Part shown: one piece after another, positions 27,562-37,352 of the stretch
Layout of the letters: the number at the start of each line of letters is the position of its first letter
Position numbering within the stretch: position 1 is the first letter of the stretch
DNA from: an uncultured Verrucomicrobiota bacterium
GTDB taxonomy: Bacteria; Verrucomicrobiota; Kiritimatiellia; PWTM01
NCBI GenBank assembly: GCA_964423465.1
Contig: CAYRFK010000001.1
Location: 12,987 to 76,986 of the forward strand
Direction of reading: 5' to 3'
DNA length: 64,000 nucleotides
Made by a program: the position numbers and the translations under genes
Notes under the pieces: generated by a model
What the model was told of the DNA's origin: nothing
Databases searched by the model: none
The model's input: the letters and a program-made list of their open reading frames with translations, nothing else

Positions 27562-28734
27562 GTGCGCCCCCTCGCCTTCATCGCCCTGACCGCCGCGGCC
27601 CTCTCCCTCCCGGGTGTTCCCCGGGCGGACGAGGTGCCGGATCCGCCCCCCGCCTCCGAAACCCCGCCGCCAGCCGAGACCGACCTGCGCGCCGAGATCG
27701 AAGCCGCCAAGGCCGAGGCCGGCGACGCCCTCCGAAACGCGGAACGGTCCGCAAAGCGGGCGGAGGATGCCGCGGCGCAGGCTGAAACCCTCCGGGGCCG
27801 GCTGGCCGCCGCTGAACAGTCGATCGCCGCACTTCGTGATCAGGCTTCCATGCAGACGCGCGAGATGGGTGCGGCACAGCGCGAGCGCGATGATGCCGTC
27901 CGCCGTCTCGAACAGATGCATGCCCGCCTGGCCTCGGCGACGCAGGCCACCGCGGCCTCGGACTCCGAACTGGCCACCCTCGTCCGCCAGTCCCGCGACG
28001 ACGCCGCCCGCGTGCGCGGGCTGGAGGCGGAGCTGGCAGCGCTGAAGAAGGCCCTCGCCCGCGCCGAGGAGGCCCGCGCCGAGCCGCCCCCTGTCGTGGT
28101 CGACACCGGCGGTCCGCCGGACGCCACCTTTCGCGAGTACCAGGCGGCCCTGGAGACCCGGACACGGGAGAACCTGGCGCTGAAGACACGGATTGGTCAG
28201 ATGGAGACGCAGATCTCCGAACTGACCCGCGCCGGCGACCCGGCGCAGCTTCGGGCGGCGCTGGCGGAGGCCATGGCCTCCCGCGACGGCGGGTCCCGGC
28301 ACGGCGCCGACACCCCCGCCCTTGATGCGGCCGAGCGCAAACGGGTGAACGACCTGTTCGAAGAGGAGAAGAAGACCCTTCTCCTGATTCAGAATACCAC
28401 CGAGGAACACCTCGATGTCGCGCGTACGGAACGCGACGCCGCACTCCAGGATGTCCGGCGCGCCCAGAAACGAATCGCCGAGTTGGAGAAGGCCCTTGCC
28501 AAGAGGGAATCGCTGGAAGCCGAGATCCTGACCCTCGGCAGCGATCTGGACGCCGCCCGCAAGGAGGCCCGCGAGGCCCACAACCGCGCATCCTCCATCG
28601 CCCGCGACAAGGCCAACACCAGCCGGGATATCGAGCGCCTGCGGGAGAATCTGGAGCGTTCCGAGCGGGAGATCGCCGACCTGCGCGACCAGCTCAAGGC
28701 CGCCCGGGAAACCGCCCAACCCCCGAACCTCTGA
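27562..28734 (+). CDS. Secreted coiled-coil protein (paralog 3, no TPR)
   Basis: The GTG start lies 4 nt after the stop of the previous gene. The signal peptide is MRPLAFIALTAAALSLPGVPRA and the remainder is coiled coil. Confidence 0.55.
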   Translation: MRPLAFIALTAAALSLPGVPRADEVPDPPPASETPPPAETDLRAEIEAAKAEAGDALRNAERSAKRAEDAAAQAETLRGRLAAAEQSIAALRDQASMQTREMGAAQRERDDAVRRLEQMHARLASATQATAASDSELATLVRQSRDDAARVRGLEAELAALKKALARAEEARAEPPPVVVDTGGPPDATFREYQAALETRTRENLALKTRIGQMETQISELTRAGDPAQLRAALAEAMASRDGGSRHGADTPALDAAERKRVNDLFEEEKKTLLLIQNTTEEHLDVARTERDAALQDVRRAQKRIAELEKALAKRESLEAEILTLGSDLDAARKEAREAHNRASSIARDKANTSRDIERLRENLERSEREIADLRDQLKAARETAQPPNL

Positions 28735-29816
28735 CCCTCGGAACCTCCGAACCTGCCAACCTCCGAACCTCTGACCCCGCCTCCCGCATCGCCGCGAGAA
28801 ACGCCTCCATCTCCGCATCCGTCCCGATCGTGATGCGCAGCCACGGCGCGGTCCGGGGCATCGTGAAGTGCCGCACCAGGATCCTGCGCTCGCGCAGCGA
28901 CTGGAAGACCTCGGCGGCGGGCCGGCGCGGCGGACGGATCCAGAGGAAGTTGGCCGCGGAGGGACACACGCGGCACCCCATCGACTCCAATGCCGCCGCG
29001 GTGCGCTCCCGCGTCGCCACGATCCGTGCCGCATTCGCGCGCATCGCGTCCAGGTCGTTCAACGCCGCGAGCGCCACGTCCTGCGCGAGGCGGTCGACGT
29101 TGTAGGAATCCTTGATCTTCATCAGCGCCCCGATGAGCGGCGCCGGGCCGACCGCATACCCGAGGCGGAGCCCGGCAAGCGAGAAGGACTTCGACAGCGT
29201 GCGCGCAACGAGAACGCGGTCCGAGGCCAGTGCCAAGTCGACCAGCGAACGCGGCGCAAAGTCGACATAGGCCTCATCGATGAGCACCACGCCGGGGAAT
29301 CCCGCGCAGAAACGGCGCACCTCATCCTCCGGATGCAGCATCCCGGTCGGGGCGTTCGGATTCGTAAGATAGAAGAGTTGTGCCCCGCATCCGGCCGGAT
29401 CGCGCCATTCGAATTCCGGCCCGAGTTCCACCGGCCGGCCTGCGATCTCCTCGATCTGCGCCAGCACGGGATAGAGCGAATAGGACGGCTCGAACCAGCC
29501 GATCGTCCCGTTCCGCTCGACAAACGCGCGGGCGCAGAGCGCCAGGATCTCGTCCGATCCGTTGCCGACGAACACCTGGTCCGGCCGGCAGCCGTGAATC
29601 TCCGCGATCCGCTCGCCCAGCCTGCGGCAGGCGGGATCCGGATAGAGGCGCAGCGAGTCCGCCGAAACCTCCCGCAGCACCCTCGCCACGCCGGGCGCGG
29701 GCGGATACGGATTCTCGTTCGTATTCAGCTTGATGACGCCGGGCTCGCGCGGCTGCTCGCCGGGCACGTAGCCCGACATGGCCTCGACGGACCGGCGGAT
29801 GTACGGGGATGTCATG
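28694..29816 (-). CDS. hisC: Histidinol-phosphate aminotransferase
   Basis: The product starts MTSPYIRRSVEAMSGYVPGEQP and contains NENPYPP, the pyridoxal-Lys region LSKSFSLAGLRLGY and RITIGT. The C-terminal 25 aa are encoded by a CCGAACCT repeat. Confidence 0.85.
28723..28777. repeat. Short direct repeats (NNGAACCT octamers; CCGAACCTCTGACCC 15-mer x2)
   Basis: The repeats span the overlapping 3' ends of coiled-coil gene 3 (+) and hisC (-). They encode the hisC C-terminal tail AGSEVRRLAGSEVPRVRGSGVGRF. Confidence 0.7.
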
Positions 29817-29983
29817 CCGCCATTCAACACGACCCGGCGCGCGCGCGCAAAGCCAAAGCGTCGGCGCATCTCCATCCCGCGGGCCCCTCGCCGCGATCCG
29901 CGCCATGATGGCGCCCGCACTACGACCGGTGTAGACTCCCGCCGCCGTGCCGCAACCGCGCCCGACGCTGAGGAGAAGCCGAA

Positions 29984-30709
29984 ATGAGACCGACCCGATG
30001 GATCGCCGTGGCCGCCGCCGTCTCGTTCGCAGTCTGGCCGGTCGCCCGTGCTGACGACGACGGATTCCTCTCCCTGTTCAACGGTCGTGACCTGTCCGGC
30101 TGGGTCAACATCAACACGGCCCCCGACACATGGAGCGTCTCCAACGGCGTCATCCACTGCACCGGCAAGCCGACCGGCGCCATGCGGACGGAGAAGCACT
30201 ACGAGAACTTCATCCTCGACCTCGAGTGGCGGCACCTGAAGCCCGCCGGCAACTCGGGGCTCTTCATCTGGTCCTCGCCGACGCCCGCGCCCAACACCCC
30301 CTACTGCAAGTCGGTCGAGGTGCAGATCCTCGACCACCAGTACTTCACGAACTACGTCGCGTCCGGCAAGAAGCCCGGCTGGTTCACGACCGATGGCGAC
30401 GTCTTTGCCATCCACGGCGCGACGATGAAGCCGTTCGAGCCGAACGACGGAAAGATGCGCAGCTTCCCGCGGGAAAACCGGACCAAGGGCACGCCAGAGT
30501 GGAACCACTACCGCATCACCGGCTCCAACGGCGTCATCTCCCTCGCGGTCAACGGCGCGGTGGTCTCGGGCGGGTCGAACTGCGTCTGGCGCAAGGGCTA
30601 TATCTGCCTCGAATCCGAGGGCAGCCCGATCGAGTTCCGAAACCTGCGGATCAAGGAACTCCCGTCGACGAATCCGAAGCCCGACGAGATCGCGCCTCTG
30701 GCGAAGTAA
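29984..30709 (+). CDS. Secreted DUF1080 (3-keto-disaccharide hydrolase-like) protein, paralog 2
   Basis: A signal peptide is followed by GWVNINTAPDTWSVSNGVIHCTG and ICLESEGSPIEFRNLRIKEL motifs. The ATG is preceded by a GAGGAGAAG RBS. Confidence 0.7.
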   Translation: MRPTRWIAVAAAVSFAVWPVARADDDGFLSLFNGRDLSGWVNINTAPDTWSVSNGVIHCTGKPTGAMRTEKHYENFILDLEWRHLKPAGNSGLFIWSSPTPAPNTPYCKSVEVQILDHQYFTNYVASGKKPGWFTTDGDVFAIHGATMKPFEPNDGKMRSFPRENRTKGTPEWNHYRITGSNGVISLAVNGAVVSGGSNCVWRKGYICLESEGSPIEFRNLRIKELPSTNPKPDEIAPLAK

Positions 30710-30710
30710 G

Positions 30711-30917
30711 ACGACACCAAGACGCAAAGGGCGCAAAGAAGAGCCGGACAACGAGCGGGCACATTTCCCAGGTCTCCTTGCTTCTCTTCGCGATCCTTGC
30801 GTTGTTGTGTCGTCCCCCCGGCCGGCGGGGCCGCGGCTCGACTGAGCTCGCCGAAGTCCGGCCCTCCCGATCGTCCGCCCAGTACCCTCTTTGCGGTCTT
30901 TGCGTCTTTTTGTTGTC
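30711..30917. repeat. ~30-bp imperfect inverted repeats (GACNACANNAAGACGCAAAGNNCGCAAAGANGAG) flanking a ~140-bp spacer
   Basis: The left arm is 30711..30743 and the right arm is 30887..30917 (reverse complement). The spacer holds a third degenerate copy (ccttgcgttgttgtgtcgtc). The element fills the gap between convergent gene stops at 30709 and 30918. Confidence 0.7.
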
Positions 30918-33900
30918 TTACCGGACGGGGCAGATGACGCGGAAGCCGACGTTGTGGACCGGCTGCCACGGAAAGTAGGCGATACGGTGCGACGCACCGG
31001 CGAGGTGCGGCCGCTCGGACCAGGAGCCGCCTCGCACAGCGCGCGGCGCGTCCTCGCCGGCCCCCGCGTCGAACGGTGAAAGCGTCCACTCGGCCACGTT
31101 CCCGTGCATGTCGTGCAGCCCCCACGCATTCGGCGCAAAGGAACCGGTCGGCGCGCTGACCCGGTGACCATCGTTGATCGTCTCCACGGCCGGCTTGTAC
31201 GGGGCGAGCGCGCCGGATGGGAGGTGCCACGGTGTCAGGGTCTGCATGCTCCGAAACGAGGCATCGGCCAGATTGGCGAACGGGGCGAAGTCGGAGCCGG
31301 CGTGGCCAAACGACAGCTCCGTGGCCGCACCCGTGCGGCACGCATACTCCCACTGGGTCTCGTCCGGCAGCGTGAACGTCTCGCCGGTCGCCGCGGACAG
31401 CCACCGGCAGAACTCCATCGCCTGCCGCCACGAAACGCGCACCACCGGCTGACGCGGACCGTTCACAGGCCAGCCGCGCTCCGCGACACTGAACTGCAGG
31501 AAGTCGCCGGTCTCGAGGCGGCTGTCGTGCGCGGGATCGAACCGCGCGAACTGCGCGTTGTCGATCTCGCACGCCGCCATCCAGAACGGCGCCGCCACAT
31601 CAACGACCCGCTGCGCGGCGCCGCCGGCGACAAACCGTCCGGCAGGAATCCGGCGCAGGCGCAGCGTCACACCGCCCCCGAGGTCCACGGTCCGCTCCGC
31701 CGCTCCGCCCGCCTCCTGTCGCCGTTTCGCCTCGGCGGCATCGAAGGGCCAGCCCGCGCACGGAACGGTCGTCGGAGCCCTTGGAGGGCCCGGCTCCGTC
31801 CGGGCCGCGGCCGACACGGAGGTCGGCCCTCCATCCCCGATTCGTGGGGCAGGCACTCCTGCCTGCCCCTCAACGGCCTCCGGAGGAAACGCCTCGGGAT
31901 CCTCGTCGATTCCGGCGTACCGCTTCATCAGGTCGCGCCGCCGGTCGCGCTGATGCGTGACCTTGGCCTCGCCGACGTTCTCGGTCCACGTCCCGTGCGC
32001 CGGCTTGTTCAGGTCGATCCATGTGAAGAGGCGGTCCCACCCCTCCGCGTCCATCGCCACCCCGTGGTGGCCGGCACGCAGCATCTGTACGAGATGGGTG
32101 GTCGATGCGTGGTATTCGGCGGGCTCCAGCAGATGCATATCGCTTTCGATCGTAGGACCGCGGATGAACGGGTAGAGCGAGAGATAGGACGGCGGAAACC
32201 ACGAACCCTTCTGATAGCCGTTCGCGGGCCCCGGCGGATTCACGCCCGGCCGGCGGCTGAAATCCGGACGGCCCGGCGCCTTGCCGTCGCCCGCGGTGAG
32301 CGCCGTCGAACCGTGACAGCCGACGCAGTGGCGGTCGAGCACCGGCTGGACCTCGCGCTCGAAGGAGAATCCGCGCACCGGACCGTGCCAGGGCGCGATG
32401 GCCGACGGCTCCCGCAAGAAGGCCGACGCCGAGGCGTAGGGCGGTGCCGTCCCGTCGCGCTCGTGACACCCGACGCACCCGACAACCTCGCCCGGCATGC
32501 CGACGAACCAGCTCCGCATCAACTGCAGCGCCGCGCCGTCGGCGTCAAGAGGCTGCACCGCCACCGGCGTATTCGCGGGCATGCGAAAATGCGCCGATCC
32601 GTCCGGCTCGACCGGCACCGTCCCGAGGATGCGTTTCACATCCCATGGGCCGTCCCATCCCACACGGTTCACCTGCCCGCCCATCCCGTGGTAGGCGAAC
32701 TGGTAGGTGAAAAGCCGCAGCCGCCTGACGGTCCCGCGCGGCACATCGCGGAGGCCGGGGCCGGCGTAGACATCCGCGAGTTGGACAATGGCGTCCTTTG
32801 ACGACGCGTCGACCCGCGAAGGCGGCACCGGCGGACGAGGCTGGGCGACGAACGGGATGGGCTCCAGCAGCGCCTCGCCGGGGAGTTCCTTGATGAGGAC
32901 CAGGTTGTCGAACGTGTCCGCCAGGTAGAGTCCCCACTCCGCCTTCGGCGACAGACGCGCCGCCACCAGCACGTGCCGGTCGCTCAGCGGCCACGGATGC
33001 AGGAACTTCGGCCAGCTCTCCTTGGTGAGCCCGTCGAGAAGCACCGGTTCGACCGCGCGACCGCGCCCCGGAATCCGCTGGACCGCGCCCTCGGCCTCGA
33101 CGCGCCCTCGTCGCGTGTCGAAGAGCACCAGTTCCCCCATCCGCGGGTTGTCGTGATGTCCGCCGACCACCGCGAAGAACCGCGACGGATCTCCAGGCAC
33201 CGGCCGCGCGAAAAACATCGCATTGGGCCAGTAGGAATTGCTGCCGTAGAAGGCACGCTGCGCCGTGCCGTCCGGGTTCATCGTGAACAGGATGCGCGAC
33301 ACGAAGTGCGGCAGGTCGGAGTACTCCCAGCGCAGATACAACACCCGGCCGTCCGGCATCACGGTCGGGCACCAGTCGTGGTCCTGTTCGAAGGTGAGCC
33401 GCCGGATGGAACCGTCCGCCCGGTGCCAGCGGAAGAGGTTTGCAACGTGGTCGTGGCCGGTCACGCACGGCACGCCGGTGAACGGCGCGCTGGAGGCGAA
33501 GATGACATCGCCGTCGGGCAGGAGGCATGGATCGTAGTTATCAACGTCGTCGTCCGGGATCAGCGGCAGGGCGGACGGCACGGCGCCGACGGCGGGCGGC
33601 ATCTCGAACACCCGCCACGCCCGGCCGCCGGCGGGCATCGAGAAGAGCAGGCGCGACGCGTCGAAGTCGAGGTCGACGTCGCCGACGAACTCGCCGCCGG
33701 GCGGACGGTACAGCGTCGCAAGATCCCCGCCGCCGCGCAGGTTTGTCAACACGGCGATTTCGTTCGAGTACCCGGTCCGCGGAAGGCTCGAGTTCCCCTG
33801 CCAGTTCATCGGGAGCCCCAGCTGCCGTGTCGAACGCCTCACCACGAGCAGGCGGTCGAAATCCAGCAGCGGATTGGCCAGCAGCGCCTCGCGTTGCAGC

Positions 33901-34137
33901 GCGGCGAGCGCACCCGCGGCCGCCGTGGCAACCCGGGACTCCGCGTTGGTGAGATCGACGGCGATTCCGTCGAGCCTCGCGAGGTAGCCGGCGGCGTTGC
34001 GGTAGCGGTCCGGGAAACTCGCCGCGAGATCCGAGATGGCGAGCCGCAGCGACACGCACGAAGCCGCGGGCCCGTCCGCGCCCCAACTCGACCCGGCCAG
34101 CGCCAGGATGCATGCCGCATGTCGCCACGTCTTCACC
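30918..34137 (-). CDS. Large secreted multidomain protein: TolB-like beta-propeller + region with two CxxCH motifs + C-terminal FGE-sulfatase (SUMF1) domain
   Basis: The C-terminus (WGLHDMHGNVAEWTL...RGGSW...GFRV) matches the FGE-sulfatase fold. CVGCHERDG and HCVGCHGS are heme-c-type motifs. PDG repeats suggest a beta-propeller. A likely GTG start at 34137 gives the signal peptide KTWRHAACILALAGSSWGA. The track ORF extends to 34283. Confidence 0.65.
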
Positions 34138-34467
34138 GCGGCAGTATGCCCGCGCCCCGACGCGGATGGCAATCCCGCGCCCAGGGCAGACGCACCTTCC
34201 GTGATCCACGATCGTGTCACTTTCCGTGGGATTCCTCCGTGGCGCCCGAATCCGTCGGGCGCGAAGCTGAACTCTGGACGCAAGGTGGCGCCGGTCAGAT
34301 ACCGGCGCTACGGCCGACCGTCGAGGAGATTGAGTCTGAACCGATGGCGCCGTATGGAGATGCGATCCATGCCGTGGTGGCATCGTTGATGCGTCTGCCC
34401 GGATCCCGCGCGCCCGCCACACGGAACTCATGCTTCCTGCCTTGGCATTTTCGCCGGGCCCGCTAAG

Positions 34468-35352
34468 GTGGGGGGCCATATGACCGCAGACGCAACTACG
34501 ACGGCCGCTCGCGGGGAGGAGGTGCCCTTCTGGGCGCACATCCTTCCGTTCGTTGTCTTTTTCTTCATCGCCCACCTGTTGGGCGACGATACGCCGTGGG
34601 CGATCGCGGCGGGGGGGGCGGCGGCCCTCGGCGCTCTGGCATGGCGCAAGCCGTGGCGCGATGCGGCGACATGGGCCCACGTTGCCCCGTTCGCCCTCTG
34701 GATCGCCCTGCTGAGTGGTCTGGGCGATCCGAGCGGGGAGAAGTACGCCGCCCGCACGGTCGCGGGCGCAGCCCTGCTGCTGGCGGTCCGCCCGTGGCGC
34801 TGGTACGGCCCTCTGCGCCTCCGCAACGTGCCGCTGGCGGTGGCGGTGGGGCTTGCAATCTTCATCGTCTGGGTCGGCTTGGAGTCCGACGCCGTCAAGG
34901 CCGCGGTGCCGGGGCTGGCGGCGTTTTATGAGAAGTTCCTCGTCGGCCCGATCCCCGCCGGCTTCGGGGCGATGCGCGTGCCGCTGGACGCCCTCCCCTA
35001 CCTGCCGTCGGTCACCGGTTGGCCGCTTTTCGCCGTGCACATGTTCGGCACGTCGGTCGTCATCGCGATCATCGAGGAGTTCTTCTGGCGCGGGTTCCTC
35101 TACAGGTGGCTGTGCGGCCGGAACTTTCTCGAGGTCCCCCTCACGCGTCTCGACATGCCGATGTGGATCGCCGTCGCCGCCTTCTTCGGCATCGAGCACG
35201 CCGAGTGGGCGGCGGGCATCGTCTGCGGCCTTGCGTTCGGCTGGCTCGTCCTGCGCACCGGCGACATCTGGGCCGCCGTCCTCGCCCACGGCATCACCAA
35301 CTTCCTGCTCGGGATCTACGTGCTGCGGACGGATTCATGGTGGTTCTGGTGA
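34468..35352 (+). CDS. CPBP-family intramembrane metalloprotease (CAAX protease-like)
   Basis: The IIEEFFWRGF, FGIEHAEW and HGITNFLLG motifs lie in a polytopic membrane protein. Confidence 0.7.
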   Translation: MGGHMTADATTTAARGEEVPFWAHILPFVVFFFIAHLLGDDTPWAIAAGGAAALGALAWRKPWRDAATWAHVAPFALWIALLSGLGDPSGEKYAARTVAGAALLLAVRPWRWYGPLRLRNVPLAVAVGLAIFIVWVGLESDAVKAAVPGLAAFYEKFLVGPIPAGFGAMRVPLDALPYLPSVTGWPLFAVHMFGTSVVIAIIEEFFWRGFLYRWLCGRNFLEVPLTRLDMPMWIAVAAFFGIEHAEWAAGIVCGLAFGWLVLRTGDIWAAVLAHGITNFLLGIYVLRTDSWWFW

Positions 35353-36392
35353 ACGGCCTCCATCCATGGTTGCGCCGTGGCCTTCGCGTCGCCCTGGGCG
35401 CGGTCGCAATCCTTCTCGCGCTGGAGGGATTCTGCCGGATCGTCGTTCCAGAGTCCGCGCGAACGATCGCCGTCGACCGCGCGGCCCGCGTCTACGGCGC
35501 CCAGCACGACCGGGAGCACCCGCATTCCGAGGGACGGTCCAACGTGCTGGATGTGATCGTGGTCGGCGACTCGCTGGCCTTCGGTCCCGGCAACCACCGG
35601 TGCGACCGCTTCTCCAACCGGCTGGAGTGGCTGATGAACCTCAATGACGGGGTTCGTCCGGCCTGCGTGGAGACCAAGGCTTCGCCCAGCGCGCTGTACC
35701 AGCAGTCCAAGGCGCTGGACTGGGCTCTCGAACAGCACCCGGATCTCGTGATCTTCGCCGTGCACGTCAACGACACGGAGGACTGGGAAAACCCGGCCGC
35801 CATGGTGGAACTGCGGTCAAGACTCACGCGCCGGCCGGAGCACACGTGGCTGAGGCCCGCGATGCAGCGGTCCGTCCTGGTCCGGCAGATCGTGCGGGCC
35901 GTCGACACCCGGCGTGCCGCCCGGGGCGCCGCAAGCTATTACAGGCACCTCTACGCCCCCGACTATCCGGGGCTCGCCCGGTTTCGAAATGCCGCCGCCG
36001 ACTTCAGTGCTCGCTGCCAGGCTCACGGCGTCCCGATGGTCGCCGTGCTGTTCCCGCTCACCGACGTGAACCTGCAGCCCGGCGGCTACCCGTGCGAGGC
36101 CTTTCATGGCCTCATCAAGGATGCCTTCTCCACCAACGGCGTTCCCTTCCTGGACCTCCTGCCCGTCTTCCGGCGATTCCCCGCCTGTCGGGACTGCAAC
36201 ATCGAATCCGTCGACGACCACCTCAGCGAAATCGGCCACCGCATCGCGGCCGACGCCATCTTTGAATTCCTGCTCGAGCGGAGGCTGATCGACCCGGTCT
36301 ACAAGCCCCGCAACCTCAAGGACCCCACGTTCAACTCCCGCATGGTCAGAAAGGTCCAGGCGATGGGCTACGACGTCCCGCCGGGCTTTTGA
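35337..36392 (+). CDS. SGNH/GDSL-family hydrolase
   Basis: The VVGDSLAFG (GDSL) and DDHLSEIGHRIAA (DxxH) motifs are present. The start overlaps the CPBP stop by 16 nt. Confidence 0.65.
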   Translation: MVVLVNGLHPWLRRGLRVALGAVAILLALEGFCRIVVPESARTIAVDRAARVYGAQHDREHPHSEGRSNVLDVIVVGDSLAFGPGNHRCDRFSNRLEWLMNLNDGVRPACVETKASPSALYQQSKALDWALEQHPDLVIFAVHVNDTEDWENPAAMVELRSRLTRRPEHTWLRPAMQRSVLVRQIVRAVDTRRAARGAASYYRHLYAPDYPGLARFRNAAADFSARCQAHGVPMVAVLFPLTDVNLQPGGYPCEAFHGLIKDAFSTNGVPFLDLLPVFRRFPACRDCNIESVDDHLSEIGHRIAADAIFEFLLERRLIDPVYKPRNLKDPTFNSRMVRKVQAMGYDVPPGF

Positions 36393-36401
36393 GAGAAAGG
36401 C

Positions 36402-36476
<75 letters not shown>

Positions 36477-36583
36477 ACGTCGGAAGAGGCCGATATGTAT
36501 ACGGTCAGGCGCCGTCCGCGTCAACCGCGGGTTAATGTTGGGGCACAGGTTGACTTTGGCCGGACCGGGGCCAGACTTGAGCC

Positions 36584-37321
36584 ATGGCGACAGTGAACCA
36601 ACAGGTCATTCTGTACGACGACAGCTGCCCGATGTGCCGGCTCTACACGGGCGCGTTCGTGCGCTACGGGATCATGGAGAAGGACGGACGGGTGGCGTTT
36701 TCGCAGGTGCCGGAGTCGGTTCGGTGCCGGCTGGACGTCGACCGCGCGCGCCGGGAGATCCCGCTGTGCGACCTGGCCTCGGGGCAGGTCCGCTACGGCC
36801 TCGACGCGCTCTTCTTCGTCCTTGGGACGCGGTTCCCGACCTTCGGCCGGATCCTGCGCATCCCGGGCGTGAAGGCCTTCTGGACCCCGATCTACTTCTG
36901 GATCAGCTTCAACCGTCGCATGCTGGCCGGCTTCCCGCCGCCGGACGGCGGGTTTGACTGCGAGCCGCCCCTGCATCGCGGTTTCTGGCTCGCCCTCCTG
37001 GCCGTGGGCGCACTCGCCGCATGGGGGGCGGTGCGCGGTTCCGCGGCCACCCTCGGGCACCCGGCGATCGCCGCCGCCGTGCTTGCCGGGTTGCCGCTGG
37101 CGTGGTGGGGCGTCGGCGCACTGCGCTCGCGCTCTACCGATGCCGCCTTCAAGGGCGCCGGCTCCGCCGCGGGCGCGATCCTCGCCACGTCGATCCTCCT
37201 CATGCTCGGCCGGCTCATCCCCGGAACGGCCGCGGCATGGATCGTCCACGGCATCGCGGCCCTTGTGCTGCTTCACGAACTGCACCGGCGGGCATGGATC
37301 TTCCGCGACCGGACAGCTTGA
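36584..37321 (+). CDS. DCC1-like thiol-disulfide oxidoreductase family protein (DUF393) with C-terminal membrane segment
   Basis: The N-terminal motif VILYDDSCPMCR is present. The C-terminal half is hydrophobic. Confidence 0.55.
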   Translation: MATVNQQVILYDDSCPMCRLYTGAFVRYGIMEKDGRVAFSQVPESVRCRLDVDRARREIPLCDLASGQVRYGLDALFFVLGTRFPTFGRILRIPGVKAFWTPIYFWISFNRRMLAGFPPPDGGFDCEPPLHRGFWLALLAVGALAAWGAVRGSAATLGHPAIAAAVLAGLPLAWWGVGALRSRSTDAAFKGAGSAAGAILATSILLMLGRLIPGTAAAWIVHGIAALVLLHELHRRAWIFRDRTA

Positions 37322-37352
37322 TCACCCCCGCGCGGATTGCGATAGTCGCAGG

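Noticed and set aside
24985-29034. 1349-aa minus-strand ORF
   Set aside because: It is antisense to the three coiled-coil genes. Ala/Glu/Arg-rich coding strands give long stop-free antisense frames rich in Gly, Arg and Leu.
28694-31171. 825-aa track ORF extending far upstream of hisC
   Set aside because: Only the C-terminal 374 aa (from MTSPYIRRSVEAM) match HisC. The upstream part overlaps the DUF1080 gene in antisense and is read-through to an alternative start.
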